Positions 43,541 to 52,356 of a stretch of 64,000 nucleotides of DNA are shown here, piece by piece. Position numbers and translations under genes: made by a program. The notes under the pieces are model-generated. The model was given only the letters and a program-made list of their open reading frames with translations, had not been told where the DNA came from and made no database searches. Source of the DNA: Candidatus Eiseniibacteriota bacterium (GTDB lineage Bacteria > Eisenbacteria > RBG-16-71-46); contig JBGPFC010000011.1 in the NCBI GenBank assembly GCA_041483195.1, forward strand, positions 1 to 64,000. The letters run 5' to 3'. The stretch's first letter is position 1; each line of letters starts with the position of its first letter.

Positions 43541-44695
43541 CTAGTCCCTCGCCATCGCGACGCGCGCGCCGGATCCCGCGAGCGCGAGCATGCGCTCGAG
43601 CGCGATGCGAGCGCCGCGCCGCACGGCCTCTGGCACGCGCACCGGGTTCACGACGTGGCCGGCCGCCAGGTTCTCGAGCGCCCACAACAGGTGCGCCGGG
43701 TCGATGCGGTTCATGGTGGCGCACGGACACACGTTCTTCTGCAGCGAGCGAATGGTCTGCCCGGGGTGCTCGAGCGCGAGGCGGTGCACCAGATTGATCT
43801 CGGTGCCGATCGCCCAGCTCGCGCCCGGCACAGCGCGCTCGACCTGCTGGATGATGAACTCGGTCGAGCCCACGAGATCGGCGGCGCGCACGACGTCGAG
43901 CGGGCACTCGGGATGGACCAGCACCTTCACGCCGGGATCCGCGGCGCGCGCCTCGTCGATCTGCTGCTTCGTGAACTTGGTATGCACCGAGCACCACCCG
44001 CGCCACAGGATGAGCCTCACCTCGGGATCGAACGCGCGGGCGTTCACGCGCGCGAGATCCTGCGCGCGGTACTCCCACTCCGCCATGCGCTCGAGCGGCA
44101 CGCCCATCGCGAAAGCGGTGTTGCGGCCGAGGTGCTGGTCGGGGAAGAAGAAGACGCGCGCCTTGCGCGCCCACGCCCACTCGAGCACCGCGCGCGCGTT
44201 GGACGACGTGCACACCACGCCGCCGCGGTCGCCGCAGAACGCCTTGAGCGCGGCGGTCGAGTTCATGTAGGTGACGGGCACCAGCGTCTCGCCGTGCGCC
44301 GCGGTGAGCCGCTCCCACGCGAGCTCGACGTCCTCGATGTCGGCCATGTCGGCCATCGAGCAACCCGCCTTGAGATCGGGCAGGATCACGGTCTGGTGGC
44401 TCTGGCGCAGCACGTCGGCGGACTCCGCCATGAAGTGCACGCCGCAGAAGACGATCGCCTCGGCCCGGTCCTGCGCGGCCGCGAGCTGCGACAGCTTGAG
44501 CGAGTCGCCGCGGAAATCCGCGAACTCGATGACGCTCTCGCGCTGGTAGTGATGCCCGAGGATCACCGCACGCGCGCCGAGCCGGCGCTTCGCGGCGAGG
44601 GTGCGCTCGCGGATCGCGGCGTGGTCGAGCACCGCGTAATCGGCGAAGGGTCGCGCGCCGGGCGCCTGGGGAACCGTCAGGGTGGTCAAGCTCAC
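43541..44695 (-). CDS. nadA: Quinolinate synthase
   Basis: ILGHHYQ, GDSL, FCGVHFMAE, AGCSMA, TYMNS, CTSSN, PDQHLG, VHPEC, GST, CPCATM. Confidence 0.96.
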   Translation of the reverse strand: MSLTTLTVPQAPGARPFADYAVLDHAAIRERTLAAKRRLGARAVILGHHYQRESVIEFADFRGDSLKLSQLAAAQDRAEAIVFCGVHFMAESADVLRQSHQTVILPDLKAGCSMADMADIEDVELAWERLTAAHGETLVPVTYMNSTAALKAFCGDRGGVVCTSSNARAVLEWAWARKARVFFFPDQHLGRNTAFAMGVPLERMAEWEYRAQDLARVNARAFDPEVRLILWRGWCSVHTKFTKQQIDEARAADPGVKVLVHPECPLDVVRAADLVGSTEFIIQQVERAVPGASWAIGTEINLVHRLALEHPGQTIRSLQKNVCPCATMNRIDPAHLLWALENLAAGHVVNPVRVPEAVRRGARIALERMLALAGSGARVAMARD

Positions 44696-44717
44696 GTCCG
44701 ATCGCGGCGCGGCCGCG

Positions 44718-45143
44718 TCATTCCAGCTCCGAGCGGTCGATGGGTTCGCGCCTCGAGTAGCCGCCCTCCAGCGTGTGCCAGTGGCTCACCTCCGGCTCGC
44801 CCAGCTGCCAGCACAGGAAGACCAGCCGGTCGCCAGAGATCGCGTAGAAATCCACGAGGCCCTTCTCGACGTCCTTGAGCAGGCAGCCGCGGCGCTGAAT
44901 GCGCTGGATGCCGCGCGAGAGCTCTTCGCCGAGCTCGCCACGACGCTCGAGCAACCGCCGCAGATCGATCGCGTCGGGATTGCCGGGCGCAGCGCCCGCC
45001 ACCGCGAGCGTGAGCACGTCGATGCGCCCCTGCGCGCGATCGAACTCGCGCTTGATCGCGCTCAGCCGCTCGAGCTCGGGCTTGAGCTCGGCGATCGTGC
45101 GGTTGGCCTCGTCGACGCTGAACAGCGTGAGCTTTGCGGGCAT
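44718..45143 (-). CDS. DUF2203 family protein
   Basis: FSVDEAN...LKDVEKGLVDF...LCWQLGEPEVSHWH..GGY..R.P pattern. Confidence 0.82.
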   Translation of the reverse strand: MPAKLTLFSVDEANRTIAELKPELERLSAIKREFDRAQGRIDVLTLAVAGAAPGNPDAIDLRRLLERRGELGEELSRGIQRIQRRGCLLKDVEKGLVDFYAISGDRLVFLCWQLGEPEVSHWHTLEGGYSRREPIDRSELE

Positions 45144-45150
45144 GACCGTC

Positions 45151-45546
45151 TCAGTGACCGCCGCACCCGCAGCCGCCGCCCCTGGCGGAGGCCTGGGTCG
45201 CGTCCGCTGCGCCTGCGTGCGCATGGCCATGCCCGTTGCCGCATCCGCACTCGCGCGCGGTCACGTTCGGGTTGTTGATGGTGAAGCCCTGCGCCTCGAG
45301 CGTCTCGACGTAGTCGATGCTGACGCCCTCGAGCATCGGCGCGCTCTGCGGATCCACCAGCACCTTGACCCCGCCGAACTCGCCGATCCAGTCGCCGTCC
45401 TCGGCCTGCGGCGCGAGCGACATGCCGTACGATGGACCGGAGCAGCAACCCTCGCTCACGTGAACGCGGAGCCCGAACACCGGCTCCTGCTGCTGGGCGA
45501 TGATCTCGTTCAGCTTCCGACTCGCGACGTCCGTCACGGTCAGCAT
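45151..45546 (-). CDS. A-type Fe-S carrier (HesB/IscA/ErpA family) with a His/Cys-rich tail
   Basis: AGGAGG RBS; LRV..GCCSGPSY, VDPQS..L.G..IDY, NPN..CGCG. Confidence 0.9.
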   Translation of the reverse strand: MLTVTDVASRKLNEIIAQQQEPVFGLRVHVSEGCCSGPSYGMSLAPQAEDGDWIGEFGGVKVLVDPQSAPMLEGVSIDYVETLEAQGFTINNPNVTARECGCGNGHGHAHAGAADATQASARGGGCGCGGH

Positions 45547-46274
45547 CTCAACCTCCTGGAGTGGCGGACGGCCTCCGCGGGATAAGCTTCGTGCAGCCAC
45601 GACTCGGCCTCGTTCCTCGAGGCCCATACGACATCGGCAAGCTCGAGGCGCCGGGCCACGGCGGCGGCGGCCGCACGGCGGGCCTCGCCGAGTGACGGGG
45701 CGCGCGATCCGAGCTGCACCCCGAGCGACGTCATGCGGATGTCGCGCAGGCCGCACGGGTGAATCAGGTCGAACCCGCTCAGGTCGGGAGCCACGTTGAG
45801 CGCGAACCCATGATAGCTGACCCAGCGCCGCACCGCGATTCCGAGGGACGCGATCTTCTCGCCGCCCACCCAGACGCCGGTGCGACCCGGGATCAGGCCG
45901 CCTTCGATGCCCCAATCCGCCAGCAGATCGATGATGGCTCCTTCGAGATCTCGCAGAAAACGGTGCAAGTCCCTGCCTCGCAACGCGAGATCGGCGATGA
46001 CGTAGCCCACCAGCTGCCCCGGTCCATGCCATGTGATATCGCCGCCGCGGGCCACCTCGAACACCTCGACCCCGCGCGCGGCCAGCGAGGCGGGGTCCGC
46101 GATCAGGCTCCCGGGGGCGGCGCCCCGGCCCACGGTGAGGACCGGAGGATGATCCGGGAACAGCAGCCAGTCCGAGGTGAGGCCATCGGCCCTCGCGCGC
46201 ACCAGCGCCTCCTGAATGCGCAGGCCGTCGCGGTAGGGCGTCGGCCCCAGGTGACAGGCGGTGAGCCGGGTCAT
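45540..46274 (-). CDS. lipB: Octanoyltransferase
   Basis: HPPVLTVGR, RGGDITWHGPGQLVGY, KIASLG, HGFALNV, IHPCG. Confidence 0.95.
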   Translation of the reverse strand: MTRLTACHLGPTPYRDGLRIQEALVRARADGLTSDWLLFPDHPPVLTVGRGAAPGSLIADPASLAARGVEVFEVARGGDITWHGPGQLVGYVIADLALRGRDLHRFLRDLEGAIIDLLADWGIEGGLIPGRTGVWVGGEKIASLGIAVRRWVSYHGFALNVAPDLSGFDLIHPCGLRDIRMTSLGVQLGSRAPSLGEARRAAAAAVARRLELADVVWASRNEAESWLHEAYPAEAVRHSRRLRC

Positions 46275-46284
46275 CGCGCGCGCC

Positions 46285-47655
46285 TCAGGCGTAGAACCAG
46301 AGCAGCTCGGGGCGCTCGAGCAGCTCGCACACGCGTCTCAGGAACTTCACGGCCAGCTCGCCGTCCACCACGCGATGATCGAAGCCGATTGACGCGTTCA
46401 TCATGGGCCGCGCGACGATCTGGCCGTCGCGCACCACGGCGCGTTCCGTGATCTTGTGCACCCCGAGAATCGCGACCTCTGGGACGTTGATCACCGGCGA
46501 CGAGTTGATCGCGCCGTACACGCCGGCGTTGGTGATGCTGAACGTGCCCCCCATGATGTCGTCGGGCTTGAGACGATCGGCGCGCGCGCGCGCAGCGAGG
46601 TCGTTCACCTCGGCCGCGATCTGCACCAGGTTCTTGCGGTCGCAGTCCTTCACGTTCGGCACGATCAGGCCCTTCTCGTCGCGGCCCACCGCCATGCCGA
46701 TGTTGTAGTAATGCTTCACCACGATCGCTTCGCCCTTCACCTCGCCGTTCACCCACGGGAACTCGCGCAGCGCGATGACGCTCGCCTTGATGAAGAACGG
46801 CATGTAGGTGAGCTTCACGCCCTGCGCCTCGAGCCTCGGTCCCCACTCCTTGCGCAGCGCCACGATCGCGCTCATGTCGGCTTCGTCGAAGCAGTGCGTG
46901 TGCGCCGCGGTGTGCTTGGCGCGCACCATGTTCTCGGCGATCAGCTTGCGCACCTTGGTGAACGGCACGACCTCCTCGCGCGGGCCCGCCGCGGCTGCGG
47001 AGACCTGCGCCTTCATGAATGCGGGCGGAGGTGCCGCGGCGGCCGGCGCCGGTGCGGCGATCGCGGGCGCGGCGCCGGCGGGACGCTGCACCCGCGACTT
47101 CAGATATTCGAGCAGGTCGTCGCGCGTCACGCGACCCGCGACGCCCGAGCCCCGGATCGCGGCCAGCTCGTGCGGGGCGACGTTCTGCTCACGCATGATC
47201 TTGCGCACGGCGGGCGAGAGGTTGCGCGCATCGTCGAGCGCGGCGCCGCCGTTCCCACCCGGGGCGGAAGCCCCCACCGGCGCGGACGCCACGGGCGCAA
47301 TCGCAACCGCGGTCGCGGCGGGAGGCGCGCTTCCGGCCGGCGCGGAGACGGCCGCGGGGAGCGCGGCGCTCGCGCGTGAGGCGGCCGCGGGCCGGGCCAC
47401 CGCTCCCACATCCTCCCCGAGCCCCAAGAGCACGCCGATCTCGGTTCCGACCAGCACCGTGGTGCCTTCCGGGACGACGATGCTCTGCAGCGTGCCTTCG
47501 GCCGGGGATGGGATCTCGACGTTGATCTTGTCGGTCTGGATCTCGACCAGCGGCTCTTCCTTGCGCACCCGCTCCCCGACGGCCTTCAGCCACTTGGAGA
47601 CGGTCCCCTCGGCGACGCTCTCGCCGAGCTGAGGCACGACGATCGATATGGCCAT
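46285..47655 (-). CDS. Dihydrolipoamide acyltransferase (E2 of a 2-oxoacid dehydrogenase), single lipoyl domain
   Basis: LGESVAEG..TDKINVE lipoyl domain; SPAVRK..GSG..GRVTRDD; GGTFSITN, FDHRVVDG. Confidence 0.93.
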   Translation of the reverse strand: MAISIVVPQLGESVAEGTVSKWLKAVGERVRKEEPLVEIQTDKINVEIPSPAEGTLQSIVVPEGTTVLVGTEIGVLLGLGEDVGAVARPAAASRASAALPAAVSAPAGSAPPAATAVAIAPVASAPVGASAPGGNGGAALDDARNLSPAVRKIMREQNVAPHELAAIRGSGVAGRVTRDDLLEYLKSRVQRPAGAAPAIAAPAPAAAAPPPAFMKAQVSAAAAGPREEVVPFTKVRKLIAENMVRAKHTAAHTHCFDEADMSAIVALRKEWGPRLEAQGVKLTYMPFFIKASVIALREFPWVNGEVKGEAIVVKHYYNIGMAVGRDEKGLIVPNVKDCDRKNLVQIAAEVNDLAARARADRLKPDDIMGGTFSITNAGVYGAINSSPVINVPEVAILGVHKITERAVVRDGQIVARPMMNASIGFDHRVVDGELAVKFLRRVCELLERPELLWFYA

Positions 47656-47757
47656 CCTGGATTCCTCCGTGAGCGCCGGGGCTCGAGGCCCCGGGCCTGT
47701 GCCGCGACTGCAGGCGCCACACGCGGCGCGCGGCGACGACTATAGCGGAACCGGGGC

Positions 47758-48273
47758 TCAGGGGCGACGTGGCGGCGGCTCGTGGCCCGGAGCGCCGCGG
47801 CGCGCGAGGCGCAGCCGGCGGCGCTCGATGGCGCGGGCGTGTTCCTCGATCTCGGCCTCGGTCTCGAGCGTGAGCGGCGGCACCGCGACCGGACGCCGCG
47901 TGACCGGATCGAGCGCGACGAACGTGACGTAGGCGGTGCTGGTGTGGCGGCGCTCGCCGGTGAGCAGGTCTTCGGACTCGACGTCCACCCGGATCTCCAT
48001 GCTGCTGCGATCCGCGAGCGTGATGCGCGCGTGGATCAGCGCCAGCTGCCCCACCTGGATCGGCGCCAGGAACGACATCTCGTCGATCGCGGCGGTCACG
48101 ACCGGCCTGCGGCTGTGGCGGTTCGCGACCACGGCGGCCGCGAGGTCGATCCAGTGCATCACCGTGCCGCCGAGCACGCTGCCGTGCACGTTGGCGTCGT
48201 TGGGCAGGACGAGCTCGGTCAACTCGGTGGCCGAGTCGGCAGCCCGCAGGCCCGTTCTCGAATCGGGCGTCAT
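47758..48273 (-). CDS. Acyl-CoA thioesterase (hotdog, YciA-like)
   Basis: VLPNDAN.HG..LGG.VMHWID, VVTA..D..F.API..G, SSMEI, TFVALD. Confidence 0.9.
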   Translation of the reverse strand: MTPDSRTGLRAADSATELTELVLPNDANVHGSVLGGTVMHWIDLAAAVVANRHSRRPVVTAAIDEMSFLAPIQVGQLALIHARITLADRSSMEIRVDVESEDLLTGERRHTSTAYVTFVALDPVTRRPVAVPPLTLETEAEIEEHARAIERRRLRLARRGAPGHEPPPRRP

Positions 48274-48417
48274 GGTCCTGCGGATCCTCCTGATCTTCCG
48301 ACGGAACCGGGGGCGACCCTCAAGAGCGGCGGGAACGGCGCATAACATAGGCGTTCCCACCCGGACGGGCAACGGGCCCGGCCGGCGAGCCGCCGCGCGA
48401 TTGCGACATCAACGAGA

Positions 48418-48447
48418 CGGCCGGCCGTCCCTGGGGACGGCCGGCCG
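48418..48447 (-). terminator. Hairpin downstream of the secreted-protein gene
   Basis: CGGCCGGCCGTCC-CTGG-GGACGGCCGGCCG, 13-bp stem. Confidence 0.55.
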
Positions 48448-48465
48448 CTCGGATGAACCGTTGCG

Positions 48466-50580
48466 TCAGTTGGCCAGCAGGATCGTGCGAAGCGTGCGCA
48501 CTTCGTCGCCGGCACGCAGACGATAGAAATACATACCCGTGTTGACCTTGTTGCCCTTGTCGTCCAGGCCCTTCCAGACCTTCTGGTAGGGACCGGCCGG
48601 CATCGAACCGCTCGCGAGCAGGGCCACGCGGCGACCCGCGATGTCGTACACGCCCAGCTGCACGTCGGCCGCCTTCGGAAGCGCGAAGGAAACCGTCATC
48701 GAGCGCGCCGGGTTCGGATACACCGAGAACGACAGCGTCGTCGGCGTCGAGCCGCCGACCCCCGCCGTGGCCGGGAACGTGATGTCCGCCGGACTGCGCG
48801 GGGCCACCCGGAAGCTGGGCGAGCTGGTGTTCGTCGTGTAGTGCACGACACCCACCACGTTGACATTCGAGCCGAGCGCCGGGTAGTTCACGTTGGCGGT
48901 GTCGTTCGCACCCAGCACGGTGTTCACATTCTCGCAGAAGATCGTGTCGGGATAGTCGGGCGCCGGACCCGCGACGTGGAATCCGTTCGACGGGGGCGGG
49001 TTGAACCGCCGGACCGCCTTGACGTTCTTCAGCACGATCAGCTCCGAGAGGTAGTCACGCGCGTTGTGCATGACCTGACCCGCGTCGCAGGTGTCGCGGT
49101 TGGCGATCCCCACCAGAAGCGGAATCGGGGCGGGAACGCCGGGGTTGCCCACGTCCGTCACCTTGACGATCGCCGCGAATTCGTTCTCGCTGTAGAACTC
49201 CTCGTCGGCGCCGGAGATGACGTACTCGTGACCGAGTGTCAGCGCGACCGGCGGAGCGAACACCGTGATGCCGCGATGACCTCCCGGCGGGTCGAACGGC
49301 TCCGGATCCGGATTGGGATCTTCCATGTAGTACAGATTGCCATAGATGCCCACGACGATACCGGTGAACGTCGAGCGCGGGCCGAACCCTCCGTTGATGA
49401 ACTGGCCGGAGGTGCCGGCGTATCTCGACTTGTCGCGGCAGGGCGACGCCGCGAGCGAATCGGGGTCGGGGGCGGACATCTCCCCGCACGTCAGCACGCC
49501 CGCGAGGAAATTCGCGGACACCGGCGTGGTCATCATGATGCTGTTCGCCGTGCCGACGATACTGTCGGCCGTCACCGACTCCGGGTCACCGTGGGACAAG
49601 CCGGTGCTGCTGACGGTGAGGATGACCGCGCTGGCGCCATCCATCGCGGCTGCATCGACCGATCCGAACGAGGCCAGGGAGTAGTGGCCCGGGTTGGTCG
49701 CCGAGAGGGGAGTCACGTCGCGGTCGAAGACGACGCGGTACTGGTTGTCCGCGACGGCGTAACCGTCGGTGATGCCCGGCGGCTGGGCGTCGACGATGTC
49801 AGCGGCGCCACGGGGCATGATGCGGAAACCGCGCGTGGCCGAGTTCCCGATGCCGGAGACGCTGGTCAGGATGGTGCCCACCGCGGGCGGCACCAGTGTG
49901 CTCAACTTGGCCTCGTCGATGAATACCGAGTCGCTCGGCGCGGCGTCGCGCACGACGAGCATGCCGTGGAACGAGAGACCCACCGTGCGTGCGACCCGAA
50001 CCGGACCGTCGAGCTTCATGAGCGCGCCCACGTAAGGAGGGAACGTCGCGTTGGTCGGCAGTTCGACGAAGTCGGTCGTGTTGCCCTCGAAGAACGGCGG
50101 CAGCGCGTTGCCCGAATTCACCTTTCTGAGGATGATGTTCGGAGCGGAGAAGTTGTTGTTCGGAGCCTCGAGCTCGGGGTCGCCGGCGAAGATGGCGCAG
50201 CGCGCGTACTCGACCACCATCGAATCGCCGAGATTGAAACCGTACGGCGCGCGGAGATTCGTGCCGTGCGTGAAGACATCGATGCCGGTAAAGGGACCGC
50301 CGGCCGAATTCTGAATGTAGATGTCGAAGCCGGTCGGGTTCTCGTCGAAGCCGGTGATGATCCCGGAGACGCCCAGCACGGTATCGCCGATCGCGCCGCT
50401 GGGACCCGTCTGGGGGGCGCACGCCGCGACCGTGTTCATGGTCGATCTGACCTGGAAGATCGTCAGCGTGTCCGTACACGTTGCGCCCGGACCCGGAGGG
50501 TACTTATTGAAGGCGACCGCGGCATTGACCGTGGCCAGCATCATGGCGGCGCCAAGGAAAGTGGTAAACATCTTCTTCAT
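48466..50580 (-). CDS. Secreted protein with repeated OB-fold-like modules, an Ig-like domain and a FlgD/T9SS-like C-terminal domain
   Basis: Signal MKKMFTTFLGAAMMLATVNAAVA; two units of G.(I/V)..G...Y(I/M)(Q/E)...GI.VF...G...V; tail YPNP..FALP..YDIAGRRV..W.G.DD.G..GMYFYRL. Confidence 0.8.
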   Translation of the reverse strand: MKKMFTTFLGAAMMLATVNAAVAFNKYPPGPGATCTDTLTIFQVRSTMNTVAACAPQTGPSGAIGDTVLGVSGIITGFDENPTGFDIYIQNSAGGPFTGIDVFTHGTNLRAPYGFNLGDSMVVEYARCAIFAGDPELEAPNNNFSAPNIILRKVNSGNALPPFFEGNTTDFVELPTNATFPPYVGALMKLDGPVRVARTVGLSFHGMLVVRDAAPSDSVFIDEAKLSTLVPPAVGTILTSVSGIGNSATRGFRIMPRGAADIVDAQPPGITDGYAVADNQYRVVFDRDVTPLSATNPGHYSLASFGSVDAAAMDGASAVILTVSSTGLSHGDPESVTADSIVGTANSIMMTTPVSANFLAGVLTCGEMSAPDPDSLAASPCRDKSRYAGTSGQFINGGFGPRSTFTGIVVGIYGNLYYMEDPNPDPEPFDPPGGHRGITVFAPPVALTLGHEYVISGADEEFYSENEFAAIVKVTDVGNPGVPAPIPLLVGIANRDTCDAGQVMHNARDYLSELIVLKNVKAVRRFNPPPSNGFHVAGPAPDYPDTIFCENVNTVLGANDTANVNYPALGSNVNVVGVVHYTTNTSSPSFRVAPRSPADITFPATAGVGGSTPTTLSFSVYPNPARSMTVSFALPKAADVQLGVYDIAGRRVALLASGSMPAGPYQKVWKGLDDKGNKVNTGMYFYRLRAGDEVRTLRTILLAN

Positions 50581-50896
50581 GGGGCACCCCTCGCTGAAGT
50601 AGGACCTTGTCGAGTACCGAAACCCGCGGGGTAAACTAGTCTGTTTAGCGTTGCCTCCCTGCGCGCGCGGCGCGTCACTTCGTGAAGTGAGACGGCGAAT
50701 GAGTCGAATCGAGGTGAATCGCGCTTGCAAGACCGTGTAGAGGATACCGCCTCGGGGGCGGGCAGTCGAGCCAGAATGCCCGTGGCGTTCGCGTTACGGG
50801 CACGTGACGGCAGCCCGTCCCTCGAGGATCATCCCCGCGCCTCGCCGAGCCGGCCATCCCGACTGCCGAGATGGCGCGCCCCGCCCCCCTTTCGGG

Positions 50897-52354
50897 TCAC
50901 GGCCGGGTGAGGCCCAGCAGCCCTAAGATCTTGAGCAGCACGATGCTGGCACGTTGGGGAAACCCGGCGGCCGGGACCGTCCCCGAGACCATCGGATACG
51001 TGTCCACGATGAAGAGGCCGTTGTGCGCCTGCGGGACGGCGAGCGCGATGGCCATGTCGAACGGGTTGTCCTGTGACAGCGTGTGGGCCGGGGCGTACAT
51101 CAGCACCTGAGAATTGTCCCTCGTCTGGAACGCCCGAAGCCCGGCGATGATCCGGCCGTTGTGCAGGCTGTCGGCGATCATCGGGCAACGCAGAGTGCCG
51201 CTGCCCGAAAGGCCCCAGGCTGCCGAAGAATCGGGCGAGAGCGGGAAGAGGAACGTTCCGTCGGAGTTGAGGTACTGGTTGACGAAGTCCGGCGCGAACG
51301 CGCCGTTCGTGCTCATGGCCGTTGTCAGGTTGAGCGACTCGAGGAACATGAGGCCCCCGTTGTCGAGATAGGGCCCGATGCCGGTGCCGAAGTTCGCCAG
51401 GACGCTCGAGACGGACGTCTGTTCGCCCCGATACCACACCACGGCCTCGAAGAGACGGAACGTCTGCTCCATGTCCTTGGCCGAACGGAACGGCTGGCTG
51501 CGCTGCAGGTGGAGGATCGACCACTGGGTGCTGGGTACGCCGGCATTGGCAATCGCGTGGGAGTACAAGGTGTCCACGCGCGTCTTGGAGCCGTCCGTGG
51601 TCGGGACGTCGTCGATGAGAAGCAGCCGCGCCCGGGTGCCGGTCACGGGCTGGCGGACGTACCAGCGAACGCTGTCGATCCCACCCGCCATTCCGCCGTC
51701 GTCGATGCCCTGGATATAGAGCGTGCGCGGACCCGACTTGTAGACGCCGCCCTGGAGGAACAGGGCGCTGGGCACGGTCATGCTGGTGCCGCTCGCAATC
51801 GAGGGGTTCGCGGCGTTCCCATCCAGCCAGACCCGGCTGACGACCTTGGTCGGATCGCCGTCCGCGTCGGAGACGGTCCAGTCCACGGTCGCCGACGCGA
51901 ACGTCGTGTCGGACCGGTCACCCGCGTTGGGCTTGTTGACGAGCTTCACGATCGGAGGGTTGTTGCGGAACTTGAACGACTGACGCGCCGGATTCGGATC
52001 GCGCACGCCGGCGTCATCGATCGCACGCACCTCGAACACGGCCTCGGTGAACCCGGTCGGCGTGAGGACGGTCACCACCATGTCGGTATTCGTCGTGAAG
52101 GCCCAGTTCGTATCCGCGGGGGCCGCCGGGTTGAGCAGGCGCACCTCGTATCCGACGATGTAGCCATGCGCGTCGGTGCCGAACCAGTAGAGGTGGACCA
52201 CGTGATTCACGGTGTCCACCGGGCCCTGGATGAAGATCGTGGTGTGCGGCGGCGTGTTCGGCCTCAGGATCGACTTGTGGCCGCAGCCGCTCAGGGCGAG
52301 TCCGCCCAGCGTCGCTCCGCCGGCGAGCAGGAGAATCGCGAGCACGCGGCGCAT
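50897..52354 (-). CDS. Lipoprotein with Ig/FN3-like domains
   Basis: Lipobox LSGC; N.PP.T..W.G.D..G.IVGY, FEVRAIDD.G..DP.PA repeats. Confidence 0.78.
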   Translation of the reverse strand: MRRVLAILLLAGGATLGGLALSGCGHKSILRPNTPPHTTIFIQGPVDTVNHVVHLYWFGTDAHGYIVGYEVRLLNPAAPADTNWAFTTNTDMVVTVLTPTGFTEAVFEVRAIDDAGVRDPNPARQSFKFRNNPPIVKLVNKPNAGDRSDTTFASATVDWTVSDADGDPTKVVSRVWLDGNAANPSIASGTSMTVPSALFLQGGVYKSGPRTLYIQGIDDGGMAGGIDSVRWYVRQPVTGTRARLLLIDDVPTTDGSKTRVDTLYSHAIANAGVPSTQWSILHLQRSQPFRSAKDMEQTFRLFEAVVWYRGEQTSVSSVLANFGTGIGPYLDNGGLMFLESLNLTTAMSTNGAFAPDFVNQYLNSDGTFLFPLSPDSSAAWGLSGSGTLRCPMIADSLHNGRIIAGLRAFQTRDNSQVLMYAPAHTLSQDNPFDMAIALAVPQAHNGLFIVDTYPMVSGTVPAAGFPQRASIVLLKILGLLGLTRP

Positions 52355-52356
52355 GG

